Assembly: GCA_049512315.1 (NCBI GenBank)
Contig: JBEKXF010000010.1
Location: forward strand, 1-64,000
DNA from: Candidatus Aminicenantales bacterium
GTDB taxonomy: Bacteria; Acidobacteriota; Aminicenantia; Aminicenantales; Saccharicenantaceae
Direction of reading: 5' to 3'
Length of the DNA: 64,000 nt
The notes beneath the pieces are model-generated. The model made no database searches. It was not told the DNA's origin and saw nothing but the letters and a program-made list of their open reading frames with translations. Of this stretch, positions 18,024-28,238 are shown one piece after another. Position numbers and translations under genes: made by a program. The stretch's first letter is position 1; every line of letters starts with the position of its first letter.

Positions 18024-19265
18024 ATGGCCCACATCGAACCTTTCAGGGGCGTCCGGCCCCGACGCGATCTCGCCCATCTCGTCGCCGCCCCGCCCTACGA
18101 CGTCCTGAGCTCCGAAGAAGCCCGCGAAATGGCCGCCGGAAACCCCTACTCGTTCCTTCATGTCGGCAAGCCGGAGATCGACCTCCCGCCGGGGACGGAC
18201 CCTTACGATGATGCCGTCTACGCCAAAGGCAAGGAGAATTTCGAGCGTTTCCTCAGGGAGGGAGTCATCTTCCAGGATCCCACGAAGAATTTCTATATCT
18301 ACAAACAGGTTTGGGGCGATCACACCCAGGTCGGCCTCGTGGCTGCCGCGTCCTGTCAGGATTATCTGGACGACATCATCAAAAAGCATGAGCTGACCCG
18401 GCCGGACAAGGAAAACGACCGGATGCGCCACATCGAGACCCTGGAGGCCCAGACGGGCCCGGTCTTTCTCACTTATTGCCGGGCCCAGGCGATCGACGAT
18501 CTGATCGCCGAGGGCATGACCGTTCCCCCGGACTACGACTTCACGACCGGAGACGGCGTCCACCACGTTTTTTATGTCGTGGCGGTCCCTGAGCTCATCG
18601 CCAGGGTCAAGGCCGAGTTCGGGAAGCTCGGCTGTCTCTATGTTGCCGACGGCCACCACCGGTCAGCCGCCGCCACCCGCATCAAGGTCAAGCGCGACAA
18701 CGAGAATCCCCTTCATACCGGACGGGAAGAATACAGCTTCTTCCTGGCCGTCATTTTTCCTCATAACCAGGTGAAGATCCTCCCTTACAACCGCGTCGTC
18801 AGGGACCTCAACGGCCTGAGCGTCGAGGCGTTCCTGGGCAAGGTCGACGAAAGATTCATCCGGCGGCCGGCTGATCACAAGGCCCCGGCGAAAAGCAAGG
18901 AATTCTGCATGTTCCTCGACGGCGAGTGGCATCTTCTCGAAGCCCGGCCCGGGACGTTCGACGCCGATGACTCGATCGGATCCCTTGACGTCTCTATCCT
19001 CCAGATGAACCTCCTCGGGCCCGTGCTTGGCATCGCCGACCCCAGGACGGACAAGCGCATCGACTTCGTGGGCGGGATCCGGGGCACGGCCGAGCTCGAA
19101 CGGAAGGTCCGGGGCGGTCAATTCAAAGTCGCGTTTTCGCTTTTCCCCACGACCATCGACCAGCTTTTCGCGGTCGCCGACAGCGGCAAGACCATGCCGC
19201 CCAAGTCCACCTGGTTCGAGCCCAAGCTCAAGGATGGCCTCGCCGTCCACATGATCAGCGAATGA
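18024..19265 (+). CDS. DUF1015 family protein
   Basis: PPYDV, IKKHELT, YVADGHHR, MPPKSTWFEPKL. Confidence 0.9.
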   Translation: MAHIEPFRGVRPRRDLAHLVAAPPYDVLSSEEAREMAAGNPYSFLHVGKPEIDLPPGTDPYDDAVYAKGKENFERFLREGVIFQDPTKNFYIYKQVWGDHTQVGLVAAASCQDYLDDIIKKHELTRPDKENDRMRHIETLEAQTGPVFLTYCRAQAIDDLIAEGMTVPPDYDFTTGDGVHHVFYVVAVPELIARVKAEFGKLGCLYVADGHHRSAAATRIKVKRDNENPLHTGREEYSFFLAVIFPHNQVKILPYNRVVRDLNGLSVEAFLGKVDERFIRRPADHKAPAKSKEFCMFLDGEWHLLEARPGTFDADDSIGSLDVSILQMNLLGPVLGIADPRTDKRIDFVGGIRGTAELERKVRGGQFKVAFSLFPTTIDQLFAVADSGKTMPPKSTWFEPKLKDGLAVHMISE

Positions 19266-19966
19266 CGCACACCGCGCCCCGGAAAAAGGGAAAGGGCCGG
19301 GCGGCCCAGCACCGCCGTCCCGTCCCTCCGGCGCTCCTGGCCAGGATCGAGAATGAAGCCCGGGGCTTCTTCCTCGACTCCCGGGGCAGCCACGATTGGG
19401 ACCATACCGAGCGGGTCCTTCGTCTCTGCCTGAGGATCGGCAGAAAAGAGAAGGCCGACCTCGGCGTCCTCTCGCTAGCCGCCCTCCTCCATGACATCGG
19501 ACGGGGGGAAGAGGACCGCTCGAGCGGAAGGGTCTGCCACGGCCGGGCCGGCGCCGCGATGGCCGGAAAGCTTCTTGCCGCCTACGGCCTCGATGCCGGG
19601 ACCGTCCGGGACGTCGTCCATTGCATCCGGACGCACCGTTTCCGGAAAAGGGCGGTCCCGAAAACGCTCGAGGCGAAGGTCCTCTTCGACGCCGACAAGC
19701 TGGATTCGATCGGGGCCGTGGGCATCGGCCGGGCCTTCCTGTTCGCCGGGGAGGTCGGGGCGCGCCTCCACGACAAGAGGATCGACGTCCGCAAGACAAA
19801 GCCCTATACCCGGGACGACACCGCTTACCGGGAGTTCCTCGTCAAGCTCGGCCGGGTCAAGGGCAGGATTTTCACCCGCGAGGGGAAGCGCATCGCGGCC
19901 GAGCGGCACCGGTTCATAGTCGGTTTCTTCGACCGTCTGAACAGGGAAACGGACGGCATCCTGTAA
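19262..19966 (+). CDS. HD-domain phosphohydrolase
   Basis: HDWDHTERV, LLHDIG, DADKLDSIGAVGIGR. Confidence 0.88.
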   Translation: MTHTAPRKKGKGRAAQHRRPVPPALLARIENEARGFFLDSRGSHDWDHTERVLRLCLRIGRKEKADLGVLSLAALLHDIGRGEEDRSSGRVCHGRAGAAMAGKLLAAYGLDAGTVRDVVHCIRTHRFRKRAVPKTLEAKVLFDADKLDSIGAVGIGRAFLFAGEVGARLHDKRIDVRKTKPYTRDDTAYREFLVKLGRVKGRIFTREGKRIAAERHRFIVGFFDRLNRETDGIL

Positions 19967-20016
19967 ACCGCGGGCCCGCGGATCCCTGCCCGGGCGGACG
20001 CCGCGAGGAGGGGGCC

Positions 20017-21657
20017 ATGGAGTGGCACCAGGTCTATAATCCCCTGCACAGCGTCTGGCTCTCGACCGCCGTCGCCGCGCTGCCGATCGTCATCCTTCTC
20101 GGCGGTCTGGCCCTGCTCCGGCTCAAGGCCCATGTCGCGGCCCTCCTCGGGCTCGCCGCGGCCCTGCTCGCGGCCGTCCTCGGGTTCACGATGCCCGCGG
20201 GGATGGCCCTCCGGACGGCCGGGCTGGGCGCCGCCTACGGCCTCTTCCCCATCGGCTGGATCATCCTCAACGTCATCTTCCTCTACGATCTCACCGTCGA
20301 GAAGGGGTATTTCAAGGTCATGCAGGACAGCCTAACCGGAATCACCCGGGACCGCCGGCTCCAGCTCCTCCTCATTGCATTTTCTTTCGGCGCGTTCTTC
20401 GAAGGCGCGGCGGGGTTCGGGACGCCGGTCGCCGTCACCGCGGCCATCCTCATCGGCCTCGGGTTCGCGCCTCTCGCCGCCTCAGGGCTCTCGCTCATTG
20501 CCAACACGGCGCCCGTGGCCTACGGCGCGCTCGGGACGCCGATCATCGCCCTGGCCGGCGTCACGGGGCTGGACATCCGGGAGCTCAGCGCCATGGTCGG
20601 GCGTCAGCTCCCGTTTTTTTCCGTCCTCATCCCCTTCTGGCTCATCTGGGCCTTCTGCGGGTTCAAGAAAATGAGGGAGGTTTGGCCGGCGCTTCTTGTC
20701 GCGGGGGTCTTCTTCGCCGTCCCCCAGTGGCTGATCTCAAACTTCCACGGCCCCTGGCTCGCGGGCGTCGGCTCGGCCGTCATCTCCATGGCCGCCCTCG
20801 TCGCGTTCCTCCTGAAATGGCGACCCAAGACCTTTTATGGTTTCGCGGGCGAAGGAGAGGTGGCGCTTTCTTCCCTTCGGCATTCCCACCCGGCCACCGG
20901 GGTCGCTCGCGCCTGGCTGCCATGGCTCGTTCTGAGCGTCTTCGTTTTTCTCTGGGGGACCCCCCAGATCAAGGCCGTCCTCGATGGGATCTCCGTCATC
21001 CGCTACCCGGTCCCGGGGCTGGACAGGCTCATCTTCCGCGTTCCCCCTGTCGTCGCCAAGGACACGGCCGAGGCGGCAGTATTCACCTTCAACTGGCTCT
21101 CGCTGACCGGAACGGGCATATTTGCCGCGGCCGTCCTGTCGGGGTTCCTGATGTCGTTCAGGCCGAAAGGGCTCGTCCGGGCTTACGTGAAAACGCTCAA
21201 GCGGGTCCGGTTCTCGCTTTTCACGGTCGCCGCCATGCTCTCACTCGGCTATGTCACCCGGTATTCCGGGCTCGACGCGACGCTCGGACTGGCCTTCGCC
21301 CGGACGGGAATTCTCTATCCCTTCTTCGGGACCCTTCTCGGCTGGCTTGGCGTGGCGATGACAGGTTCGGACACGTCATCCAACGTCCTTTTCGGGAGCC
21401 TTCAGAAGATCTCGGCCGGCCAGCTCGGCCTGAGCCCCGTCCTCATGGCGGCGGCCAACAGCTCCGGCGGGGTCATGGGCAAGATGATCGATGCCCAGAG
21501 CATCGTCGTCGCCAGCACCGCGACGCGCTGGTACGGCCACGAGGGCGATATCCTCCGCTACGTTTTTTTCCACAGCCTGGCCCTGGCCGTCCTGATGGGC
21601 CTCTTCGTGCTGCTCCAGGCCTACGTCTTCCCCTTCACGCGGCTCGTCGTCCGCTGA
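20017..21657 (+). CDS. lldP: L-lactate/glycolate permease (LctP family)
   Basis: GAGGAGG RBS; FFEGAAGFGTP, ANTAPVAYG, TGSDTSSN, GKMIDAQSI. Confidence 0.92.
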   Translation: MEWHQVYNPLHSVWLSTAVAALPIVILLGGLALLRLKAHVAALLGLAAALLAAVLGFTMPAGMALRTAGLGAAYGLFPIGWIILNVIFLYDLTVEKGYFKVMQDSLTGITRDRRLQLLLIAFSFGAFFEGAAGFGTPVAVTAAILIGLGFAPLAASGLSLIANTAPVAYGALGTPIIALAGVTGLDIRELSAMVGRQLPFFSVLIPFWLIWAFCGFKKMREVWPALLVAGVFFAVPQWLISNFHGPWLAGVGSAVISMAALVAFLLKWRPKTFYGFAGEGEVALSSLRHSHPATGVARAWLPWLVLSVFVFLWGTPQIKAVLDGISVIRYPVPGLDRLIFRVPPVVAKDTAEAAVFTFNWLSLTGTGIFAAAVLSGFLMSFRPKGLVRAYVKTLKRVRFSLFTVAAMLSLGYVTRYSGLDATLGLAFARTGILYPFFGTLLGWLGVAMTGSDTSSNVLFGSLQKISAGQLGLSPVLMAAANSSGGVMGKMIDAQSIVVASTATRWYGHEGDILRYVFFHSLALAVLMGLFVLLQAYVFPFTRLVVR

Positions 21658-21659
21658 TA

Positions 21660-22592
21660 TTAGCCGACAATCTTGCTCTGGCCTTTGTACTTGTCCTCGA
21701 TGCGCTCCTTGGGCAGGAACTCGTTTTCCAGGGCCCGGTATTCCTTGAGACCGACGAAATCCGTATATTCCTCGAAAGACGAGACCCACTGCGTCTGGCC
21801 GGGCAGGGTGCCGGTCGGCGACGCCTTGAGCGCCTTGAAGAAGTTCAGCAAGGCCTTGTGGGCGACCATGATAGAGGCCACAGGGATGGAGACCCGGCCC
21901 ACGCCCATCTTCGCCAGCTCGGGGATCGGGATGAGCTCGGTCTTCATCCCGGTGATGGCGTCCATGAGGTTGACCGAGAGTGGCCCCTTGATCGACTTGA
22001 CGGCGATCTCGATATCGGCCCGGCTCCTGATGCCGTCGATGAAGGCGACGTCGGCGCCGGCCTCGAGATAAAGGTTGCAGCGCCGGACGGCTTCTGTTAG
22101 GCCCATGCCGGCGAAAACATCGGTCCGGGCGTTGATGATAAAATCTTTGTCCAGCCCGTCCCTGACCATGGCGCAGGCCCTCACCTTCCCGGCCATTTCC
22201 TCGGCCGGGATGACCTCCTTGCCGGCCATGTGGCCGCACCGCTTGGGGAAAACCTGGTCCTCGATGTTCATTCCGGCCAGGTCCATGGCGATCAGGCGCT
22301 CCGTGATCCAGGCCGCGTTGACGGCGTTGCCGCCGCCGGTGTCGATGTCGGCCATGACGGGGATCTTGACCGCCTGGGCGATGTTCCAGGAGATGTCCAG
22401 AACGTCCTTCATCCGGAGAAGCCCGACATCGGGCTTGGCGATATAGGACCCGGCCAGGCCGTAGCCCGAGATCTGGATGGCCTCGAAGCCGGCCTTCTCG
22501 ATGACCTTGGCGCTCAGGGCGTCATGGCACCCGGGGACGGCCACGGCCCGACGCTCCATGATGGCTTTTTTCAAGATGGTCGTTTTTTTCAT
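21660..22592 (-). CDS. Isocitrate lyase/PEP mutase family C-C lyase (PrpB-like; candidate citramalate lyase)
   Basis: HDALSA, ADIDTGGG, IEDQVFPKRCGH, INARTD. Confidence 0.85.
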   Translation of the reverse strand: MKKTTILKKAIMERRAVAVPGCHDALSAKVIEKAGFEAIQISGYGLAGSYIAKPDVGLLRMKDVLDISWNIAQAVKIPVMADIDTGGGNAVNAAWITERLIAMDLAGMNIEDQVFPKRCGHMAGKEVIPAEEMAGKVRACAMVRDGLDKDFIINARTDVFAGMGLTEAVRRCNLYLEAGADVAFIDGIRSRADIEIAVKSIKGPLSVNLMDAITGMKTELIPIPELAKMGVGRVSIPVASIMVAHKALLNFFKALKASPTGTLPGQTQWVSSFEEYTDFVGLKEYRALENEFLPKERIEDKYKGQSKIVG

Positions 22593-22713
22593 GTTTGATG
22601 ACTCCTTTTCACGAAAAAATACCCTCACATTCTAGCGTATTCGCCGCCTCGGGAAAAGGGGGGGACCGAGCGAGGGCTCGGGCGGCGCGCGCCGCGGCCC
22701 AGGCCGGGGTCGT

Positions 22714-24327
22714 CTATTGGCAGGACATGCGGTAGAGACTGTTGCCCTTGTTGTCGTAGATGATGAAGGCGGGAAGGTCCCGGACCCGGATCCTGCGCAC
22801 GGCTTCCATCCCCAGGTCCGCGAAGTCCACGACTTCGGACTCCAGGATGTGCTCCTTGGCCATGAGCGCGGCCGCCCCGCCGATCGTCCCCAGGTAAAAG
22901 CCGTTGGAGAGGCGGCAGGCTTCGATGACGGCCTCGGCCCGGTTGCCCTTGGCCAGCGTCACCCGCGAAGCGCCGGCCTTCATGAAATCGGCGATATATC
23001 CGTCCATGCGCTGGGCGGTCGTCGGCCCGAAACTCCCGGACGGCAGGCCCCGGGGCGTCTTGGCCGGGCCGGCATAATACACCGGATGGGCCCGGAAGTA
23101 GGCCGGGAGAGGACGGCCCTCGTCGAGCATCTTCTTGAGCCGGGCGTGGGCGATGTCCCTGGCCACGATGAGCGTTCCGTTGAGGACGAGCCGGGTCCCG
23201 ACGGAGTATTGAGAGAGATCCGCGATGATCGCCTCGATGGGCCGGTCCAGGTCGATCGGGATGCCGGGACCGAAATCGAGCTTTTCGAGCCTGGCCAGGA
23301 AGCGGCCGGGGTTCCGGTCGAGCTTTTCCAGGAAGACTCCGGCCCGGGTGATCTTGCCCTTGATATTGCGGTCGGCGTTGCAGCTCACGCCGATGCCGAC
23401 CGGGAGCGAGCCCGCGTGTCGCGGCGCCCGGATGACGCGGGCCTCGAGGGCGAAATACTTGCCCGTGAACTGGGCGCCCAACCCGTTGGCCCGGGCCAAT
23501 TCCAGAACTCTCGCCTCCCAATCGAGATCGCGATAGGCAGAGCCCTTTCCCGTCGGCACGGTCGTCAGGTCGTCCAAGTATCCCGCTGAGGCCAGCTTCA
23601 CCGTTTTCAAGGTCATCTCGGGCGACGTCCCGCCGATGACGACGGCCAACCGGTAGGGCGGGCAGGCGGCGACGCCGATGGCCTTGATCTTTTCCCCGAG
23701 GAAGCCGGCCAGGCTCTGCTCGCTCTGCAGGAGAGACTTGTTTTCCTGGTAGAGGCTGGTCTTGTTGGAGGACCCGCCGCCCTTGGCCACGAACAGGAAC
23801 CGGTATTCGCTTCCCGGACGAGAGTAAATATCGACTTGCGGAGGGAGGTTCGTCCCGGTATTCTCCTCGTCGAGCATGCCGAGCGGCGCCACCTGGGAAT
23901 ACCGGAGGTTGTTCCTGGCATAGGCCTTGAAGACGCCGCGGGCGAGATAGCGGGTGTCGTCGGCACCGGTCAGGACGGCCTCGCCCTTGTAAGCCACGAC
24001 CGTGGCCGTCCCCGTGTCCTGGCAGGTCGGGAGCTCCCCCTCCGCGGAGATGGCCGCGTTGCGAAGCAGGGCGCCGGCCACGAAACGGTCGTTCTCGGAG
24101 GCCGCAGGATCGCCGAGGATCGCGGCCAGGTTCTCGAGATGGCGCGTCCTGAAGAAGAAGGCGACGTCCGTGAACGCCTCCTCGGCCAGGAGCGTCAGGG
24201 CCGCCGGCTCCACCCGGAGGAAGGTCCGGCCGCCGCTTTTCATCGTCCGGACGCCGTCCCTGATCTTCCGGTATTTGACGGTTTCCCTTTTCATCGGGAA
24301 CAGGGGGTCTTGGGAAAAGCGGGGCAT
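22714..24327 (-). CDS. Class I Fe-S fumarate hydratase (probable mesaconase)
   Basis: PTCQDTG, KGGGSSN, ACPPY, GPTTAQRMD, TIGGAAA; lies in the methylaspartate cluster. Confidence 0.9.
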   Translation of the reverse strand: MPRFSQDPLFPMKRETVKYRKIRDGVRTMKSGGRTFLRVEPAALTLLAEEAFTDVAFFFRTRHLENLAAILGDPAASENDRFVAGALLRNAAISAEGELPTCQDTGTATVVAYKGEAVLTGADDTRYLARGVFKAYARNNLRYSQVAPLGMLDEENTGTNLPPQVDIYSRPGSEYRFLFVAKGGGSSNKTSLYQENKSLLQSEQSLAGFLGEKIKAIGVAACPPYRLAVVIGGTSPEMTLKTVKLASAGYLDDLTTVPTGKGSAYRDLDWEARVLELARANGLGAQFTGKYFALEARVIRAPRHAGSLPVGIGVSCNADRNIKGKITRAGVFLEKLDRNPGRFLARLEKLDFGPGIPIDLDRPIEAIIADLSQYSVGTRLVLNGTLIVARDIAHARLKKMLDEGRPLPAYFRAHPVYYAGPAKTPRGLPSGSFGPTTAQRMDGYIADFMKAGASRVTLAKGNRAEAVIEACRLSNGFYLGTIGGAAALMAKEHILESEVVDFADLGMEAVRRIRVRDLPAFIIYDNKGNSLYRMSCQ

Positions 24328-24338
24328 GGCGGCTCCCT

Positions 24339-25280
24339 TCAGTCCTGGATTTCCATGGATTCGTTGATGTCTTCGAAGCCCGCGATCTCCTTGTAGCCGA
24401 CCATGCCGACGAGCATGTACTCGTTGGTGAGATAGTTGAACTTGAACTCCTTGAGGAGGCGGAAGGCCTCGATCTGGCCCGTGCTGTGGACGTGGGTCCG
24501 CGGGCCCGTGCAGAAGATTTCCGTGTCGCCGACCCGGATCGCGTCTTCCCCACCCGGCGAGATGGGAAGATTCTGGGAGATGACGTCCTTGACCTTGGCC
24601 TCGAGCTCGTGCAGGTCGATGTCGGGCCGCTCGGGAAAGTTGATGACGAAGCCGTGCCGGACGTCGGAGTGGAGGACCTGGCTCTTGTAGTGGTAGTCGC
24701 GCTCGAGGATGGAGACCGTGATGTCCTCGGCCGAGTGGGCCATGAGGCGGTACTTGATGGTCTTGTCCACGATCGCCTTGATGTTCTGGGGGAAGGGCCC
24801 GAAGATCGAGGGCCGGGCCACGAGGATCTCCTCGCCCAGCCCGATGAGGACCTGGGCGTTCATCCCCAGGGCCTCGTAGATCAGGTCGAAATGCTCGACG
24901 ACGACCCGCCGGTTGGCGAGGACGGCGTTCCGGATAGCCTCCTTGATCTTGTATTTCTGCTTGAAGGCGAGCTCGTAGCGGATATCGACATGAAAAGTGT
25001 GTCCGGAAAAAAAATCTTCCGAAGAGAATCCGTAGAGGGGGGTGGGCTTGACGTTTACGCCTTCGTCGTCGTTGGTCAGCTCGAGCCCCGGAAAGAGGCC
25101 CCGGATGAGGGTCGACTTGCCCGACCCTTCCGAGCCGATGATCCCGATCAGGAAGTCCGTCGGCGTCAGGTAGCGCCGAGAGATCTCGTTCGCGACCATG
25201 TAGAGCCGCTGCCTCCCCCGCGGGGCGTAATAGGCGGCGTAGATCAGCGTGTCGTTCCTGGCCGTGGCGAGGTTGTACAT
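24339..25280 (-). CDS. P-loop domain fused to an AlaRS/ThrRS second-additional (editing-like) domain
   Basis: Walker A GSEGSGKST; MAHSAED and FCTGPRTHVHSTGQI. Confidence 0.75.
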   Translation of the reverse strand: MYNLATARNDTLIYAAYYAPRGRQRLYMVANEISRRYLTPTDFLIGIIGSEGSGKSTLIRGLFPGLELTNDDEGVNVKPTPLYGFSSEDFFSGHTFHVDIRYELAFKQKYKIKEAIRNAVLANRRVVVEHFDLIYEALGMNAQVLIGLGEEILVARPSIFGPFPQNIKAIVDKTIKYRLMAHSAEDITVSILERDYHYKSQVLHSDVRHGFVINFPERPDIDLHELEAKVKDVISQNLPISPGGEDAIRVGDTEIFCTGPRTHVHSTGQIEAFRLLKEFKFNYLTNEYMLVGMVGYKEIAGFEDINESMEIQD

Positions 25281-25294
25281 GGCGGCCTCCTCGG

Positions 25295-25606
25295 CTAGAA
25301 GGTGATGTCGAAAAGGGGCGCGTGCTGCTGGGCCCCGTAGATATCGGTCTCGCCGGGCGCGCCCGAGGGGATCCGCCGCCGCAGCGTGACCTTGACCGCG
25401 TGGCTCGGCTCGAAGTAGACGACCCTGAGGATATCGCTCTTGGGGACGCGGTAGAGGCGGGAGATGAGCGCCGCATTGATGATGCGCCTCTTCTTGAAAA
25501 GCTCGTAGAACTCCCGGTCCTTGAACATGATGTCCAGGGTCAGCTCGTACGGCCCCGAATTCTTGGAGCGGATGACCTTGGCGGCTTCGAGGATGTTTCT
25601 TTTCAT
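25295..25606 (-). CDS. DUF4387 family small protein (AtuA partner)
   Basis: IRSKNSGPYELTLDI, DIYGAQQHAPL. Confidence 0.8.
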   Translation of the reverse strand: MKRNILEAAKVIRSKNSGPYELTLDIMFKDREFYELFKKRRIINAALISRLYRVPKSDILRVVYFEPSHAVKVTLRRRIPSGAPGETDIYGAQQHAPLFDITF

Positions 25607-25621
25607 CGTAGCTCCTCGTCC

Positions 25622-26998
25622 TCAGAAAACATGGACCTTCGACGGGAACCCGTCCGGGTCGTCAAGTTCCATCAGGTGATAAAGCGAAAATTCGTACATC
25701 CGCCCCATGGTGATGTCCGAAGGCGAAAACGGGAAAGCCAGGTTCCCCGCCGTGGAGATCCGGCCGGGATAGCCGTAGTGAAGCAGCGTAGACCGGGTCA
25801 CGGAAAGCAGGGCCTCCGCCTCCTCCGGCGTCCGGCCCAGGGCCTCGATGAGGATGCCCAGCTCGTGGGCCGGCGCGTCGCGGTGGGGCTCCAGCTCGCC
25901 CATGACGCCGTCCTTGCCGTACACGTGGAAGAAGACGCGGCCGCGGTTGCCTTCTTTTTTCAGCATGGCCCGGACCTGCCCCTCCACGCTCTTCAGGATC
26001 GCGTCGATCCCCGCGATCATGATGGGGTCCCTGACGCCGGCGATGGTGATGGCCCGGTAGCCGGTGGGGCGGGCGCCCTCGAGCTTGATGAAGTACTTCT
26101 CCGTAGGGACGAACCGGCTGCCGCGGACCTCGACCCGGCCGCCGCCGATGTCGGTGAAAGAGCAGCCGGTGAGGTCGATCTCGCCGCCCGGCCCGGGCAG
26201 ATGATAGGGGTCCGTCTTTTCATAAAGGGTGTGGGCGGCCGTGGATTCGGGGGTGAAGCGCCGGGCGGGCGAAAGGGCCTCCAGGATGAAGGAATCCTGC
26301 CTCAGGGTCCCCAGGGCGCAGTCCGACCCGGACCCCGGCGTCGCGGCGATGGCCGCGCACTCGAGGATCTTGCCGAGATGGAGGGCCAGGCCCGGGTTGT
26401 AGCCGCGCATGATCGGCAGGGCGGCGAAGACGGCCGGGTCATAGCACCGGCCGGCGAGGACGACGTCGCATTTTTTCTTGAGCAAACGGATGATCGGCTC
26501 GATGCCCATCTGGCCGACGATGTATTCGGTCTCGAGAACGGCTTCGCGAGTCAGGTTTGGAACGAACGCCAGCGGCTTGACCCTGCCGCGCCTCATGGCC
26601 CTGAGAACAGTTTCCTTCTTGAAGTCGGCGTAGACGACGCCGAGGCGGAAATGGAGCTTCTCCTCCCGGGCGATCTCCCGGATGATCTCCAGGCACCACT
26701 CCGTGTGGGGCCGCGCCCCCGAGCCGCCGGCCGACCCGACGACGACGGGGATCTTTCGGCGGACACCTTCGGTGATCATGTACCGCAGGTCCCTCTTCAC
26801 CCCCGCCCGGCTGGTGAAGGACTTGCCGACGCCGAGGTAGTAGGGGCCGGGGTCGGTCGAGCCCGCGTCGGCCGCGATGAGGTGCGGCTTCCGGCGGAGG
26901 CCGTTCCGGAAGGACGATTCGGGGAACCCGTAGCCGAGGATGGCCGTGGTCGACAGGATCCGGAACTCGGGGAGTGTTTTTCCTCGGGGTTTATCCAT
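25622..26998 (-). CDS. Acyclic terpene utilisation AtuA family protein
   Basis: ILGYGFP, DAGSTDPGPYYLG, GKILECAA, AAHTLYEK. Confidence 0.8.
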   Translation of the reverse strand: MDKPRGKTLPEFRILSTTAILGYGFPESSFRNGLRRKPHLIAADAGSTDPGPYYLGVGKSFTSRAGVKRDLRYMITEGVRRKIPVVVGSAGGSGARPHTEWCLEIIREIAREEKLHFRLGVVYADFKKETVLRAMRRGRVKPLAFVPNLTREAVLETEYIVGQMGIEPIIRLLKKKCDVVLAGRCYDPAVFAALPIMRGYNPGLALHLGKILECAAIAATPGSGSDCALGTLRQDSFILEALSPARRFTPESTAAHTLYEKTDPYHLPGPGGEIDLTGCSFTDIGGGRVEVRGSRFVPTEKYFIKLEGARPTGYRAITIAGVRDPIMIAGIDAILKSVEGQVRAMLKKEGNRGRVFFHVYGKDGVMGELEPHRDAPAHELGILIEALGRTPEEAEALLSVTRSTLLHYGYPGRISTAGNLAFPFSPSDITMGRMYEFSLYHLMELDDPDGFPSKVHVF

Positions 26999-28238
26999 TG
27001 GACTTCACTTTCAGGACCTGGATCGTCCTTTCCATCTCATTATTCACAATCATGTAGCCCTCGTCAAAACCCATCCCCGGCTTGGCCAGCATGCGCATCG
27101 GCCGGGCCGCCAGGGCGACGTGGACGCAGGCGACGGCCGAGACGTCCGTCTCGTTGCAGGTGCCGCCCTGGTAGGCCTCCATGCCGCGGTCCTTGCAGTA
27201 AAGGACGCTCTCGACCACGTTCTGGATCCCGCCGAGGTCGGGCGTCTTGATCTGGACCATATCGCAGCAGGCGGCGTCCGTGAACTCACGGATGTCCTCC
27301 AGGGTGTTGCAGTGCTCGTCGGCCACGATCTTGACGGACGACCCGAGCGCCTTGAGCCGCCGCCGGATCCGGCCGAGGGCCTCGATCTGGCGGGGCTTCT
27401 CGTCCATGTCCACGGGGCCCTCGATGTAGAGGGGGAAGCCCCCGGCGTCCTTTTCGAGGGAGGCCATGTAGTCGGCGATCTTGTCCATGTCGTAATCGAA
27501 GGCGATGCCGATCGTGCCGTAGACGTCGATGTGGAGGTCCGGGTGGTAGGACGGCCGGCCCCGGAGGGCGACGATGCGCCGGGAGAGCCAGCGGATATAG
27601 GTCCGGAGCTTCTCGCCGCGGCGGCCGAGCTTCTCCTCGACGTTATTGATGAGGGCGTGGGGCAGGACGTCGACTTCTTTGAGGATCATCTTGTCGGCGT
27701 TGGTGTAACGGTCGTCGCCGCTCTGGCCGAAGATCGGCACCCGCCTGGCGATGACGGGCAGGCCGTACTCCTCGCAGACGACCTCGCATTTCAGCTTGTG
27801 CTCGGCTTTGGCCCGGGCGTCGAGGAAGGCCTGCGACAGGCCGTAGCGGATCGCCGTGTGGAGGCGCCGCCCCCGGAAGGTCATCTCCTCGAAGCGCCCT
27901 GCCAGGTCGCGAAAGCGGCCGACGGCGAGGCCTTCGAGCTTCGGGGCGATGGTCTTCTTCAGGAAAGGCAGGTAGGCCCCGGCGAGGAAAAGGGGATCGC
28001 GGCCGCCGACTCCCGAATACTGGACCGCGGCGCAATCGCCCACGGCGACCTGTCCGTCCTCGAGGAGGAGAAGGACAGAGACACACTCCCCCGCGACCCG
28101 GATGCGGGGGAATCCCGGCGTCACCGGCTTTGCCTTGTAAATGAAACCGTCGTGGGCCGCGTTCTTCTTGATGGCCCTCTGGTCGTCGAAGAAGAAGGCG
28201 GATTTTCCCGGAGCGAAGATCGCTTTCTTGATTTTCAT
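26991..28238 (-). CDS. mal: Methylaspartate ammonia-lyase
   Basis: [59 protein letters not shown]. Confidence 0.95.
   Translation of the reverse strand: MKIKKAIFAPGKSAFFFDDQRAIKKNAAHDGFIYKAKPVTPGFPRIRVAGECVSVLLLLEDGQVAVGDCAAVQYSGVGGRDPLFLAGAYLPFLKKTIAPKLEGLAVGRFRDLAGRFEEMTFRGRRLHTAIRYGLSQAFLDARAKAEHKLKCEVVCEEYGLPVIARRVPIFGQSGDDRYTNADKMILKEVDVLPHALINNVEEKLGRRGEKLRTYIRWLSRRIVALRGRPSYHPDLHIDVYGTIGIAFDYDMDKIADYMASLEKDAGGFPLYIEGPVDMDEKPRQIEALGRIRRRLKALGSSVKIVADEHCNTLEDIREFTDAACCDMVQIKTPDLGGIQNVVESVLYCKDRGMEAYQGGTCNETDVSAVACVHVALAARPMRMLAKPGMGFDEGYMIVNNEMERTIQVLKVKSNG

Noticed and set aside
19621..20016. N-terminal extension of the lactate permease
   Set aside because: Overlaps the HD gene in another frame; the RBS supports ATG 20017
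22714..25476. 920-aa ORF as a single fusion protein
   Set aside because: The N-terminal 383 aa are an off-frame shadow of 24339-25606; the hydratase starts at 24327 after its own RBS
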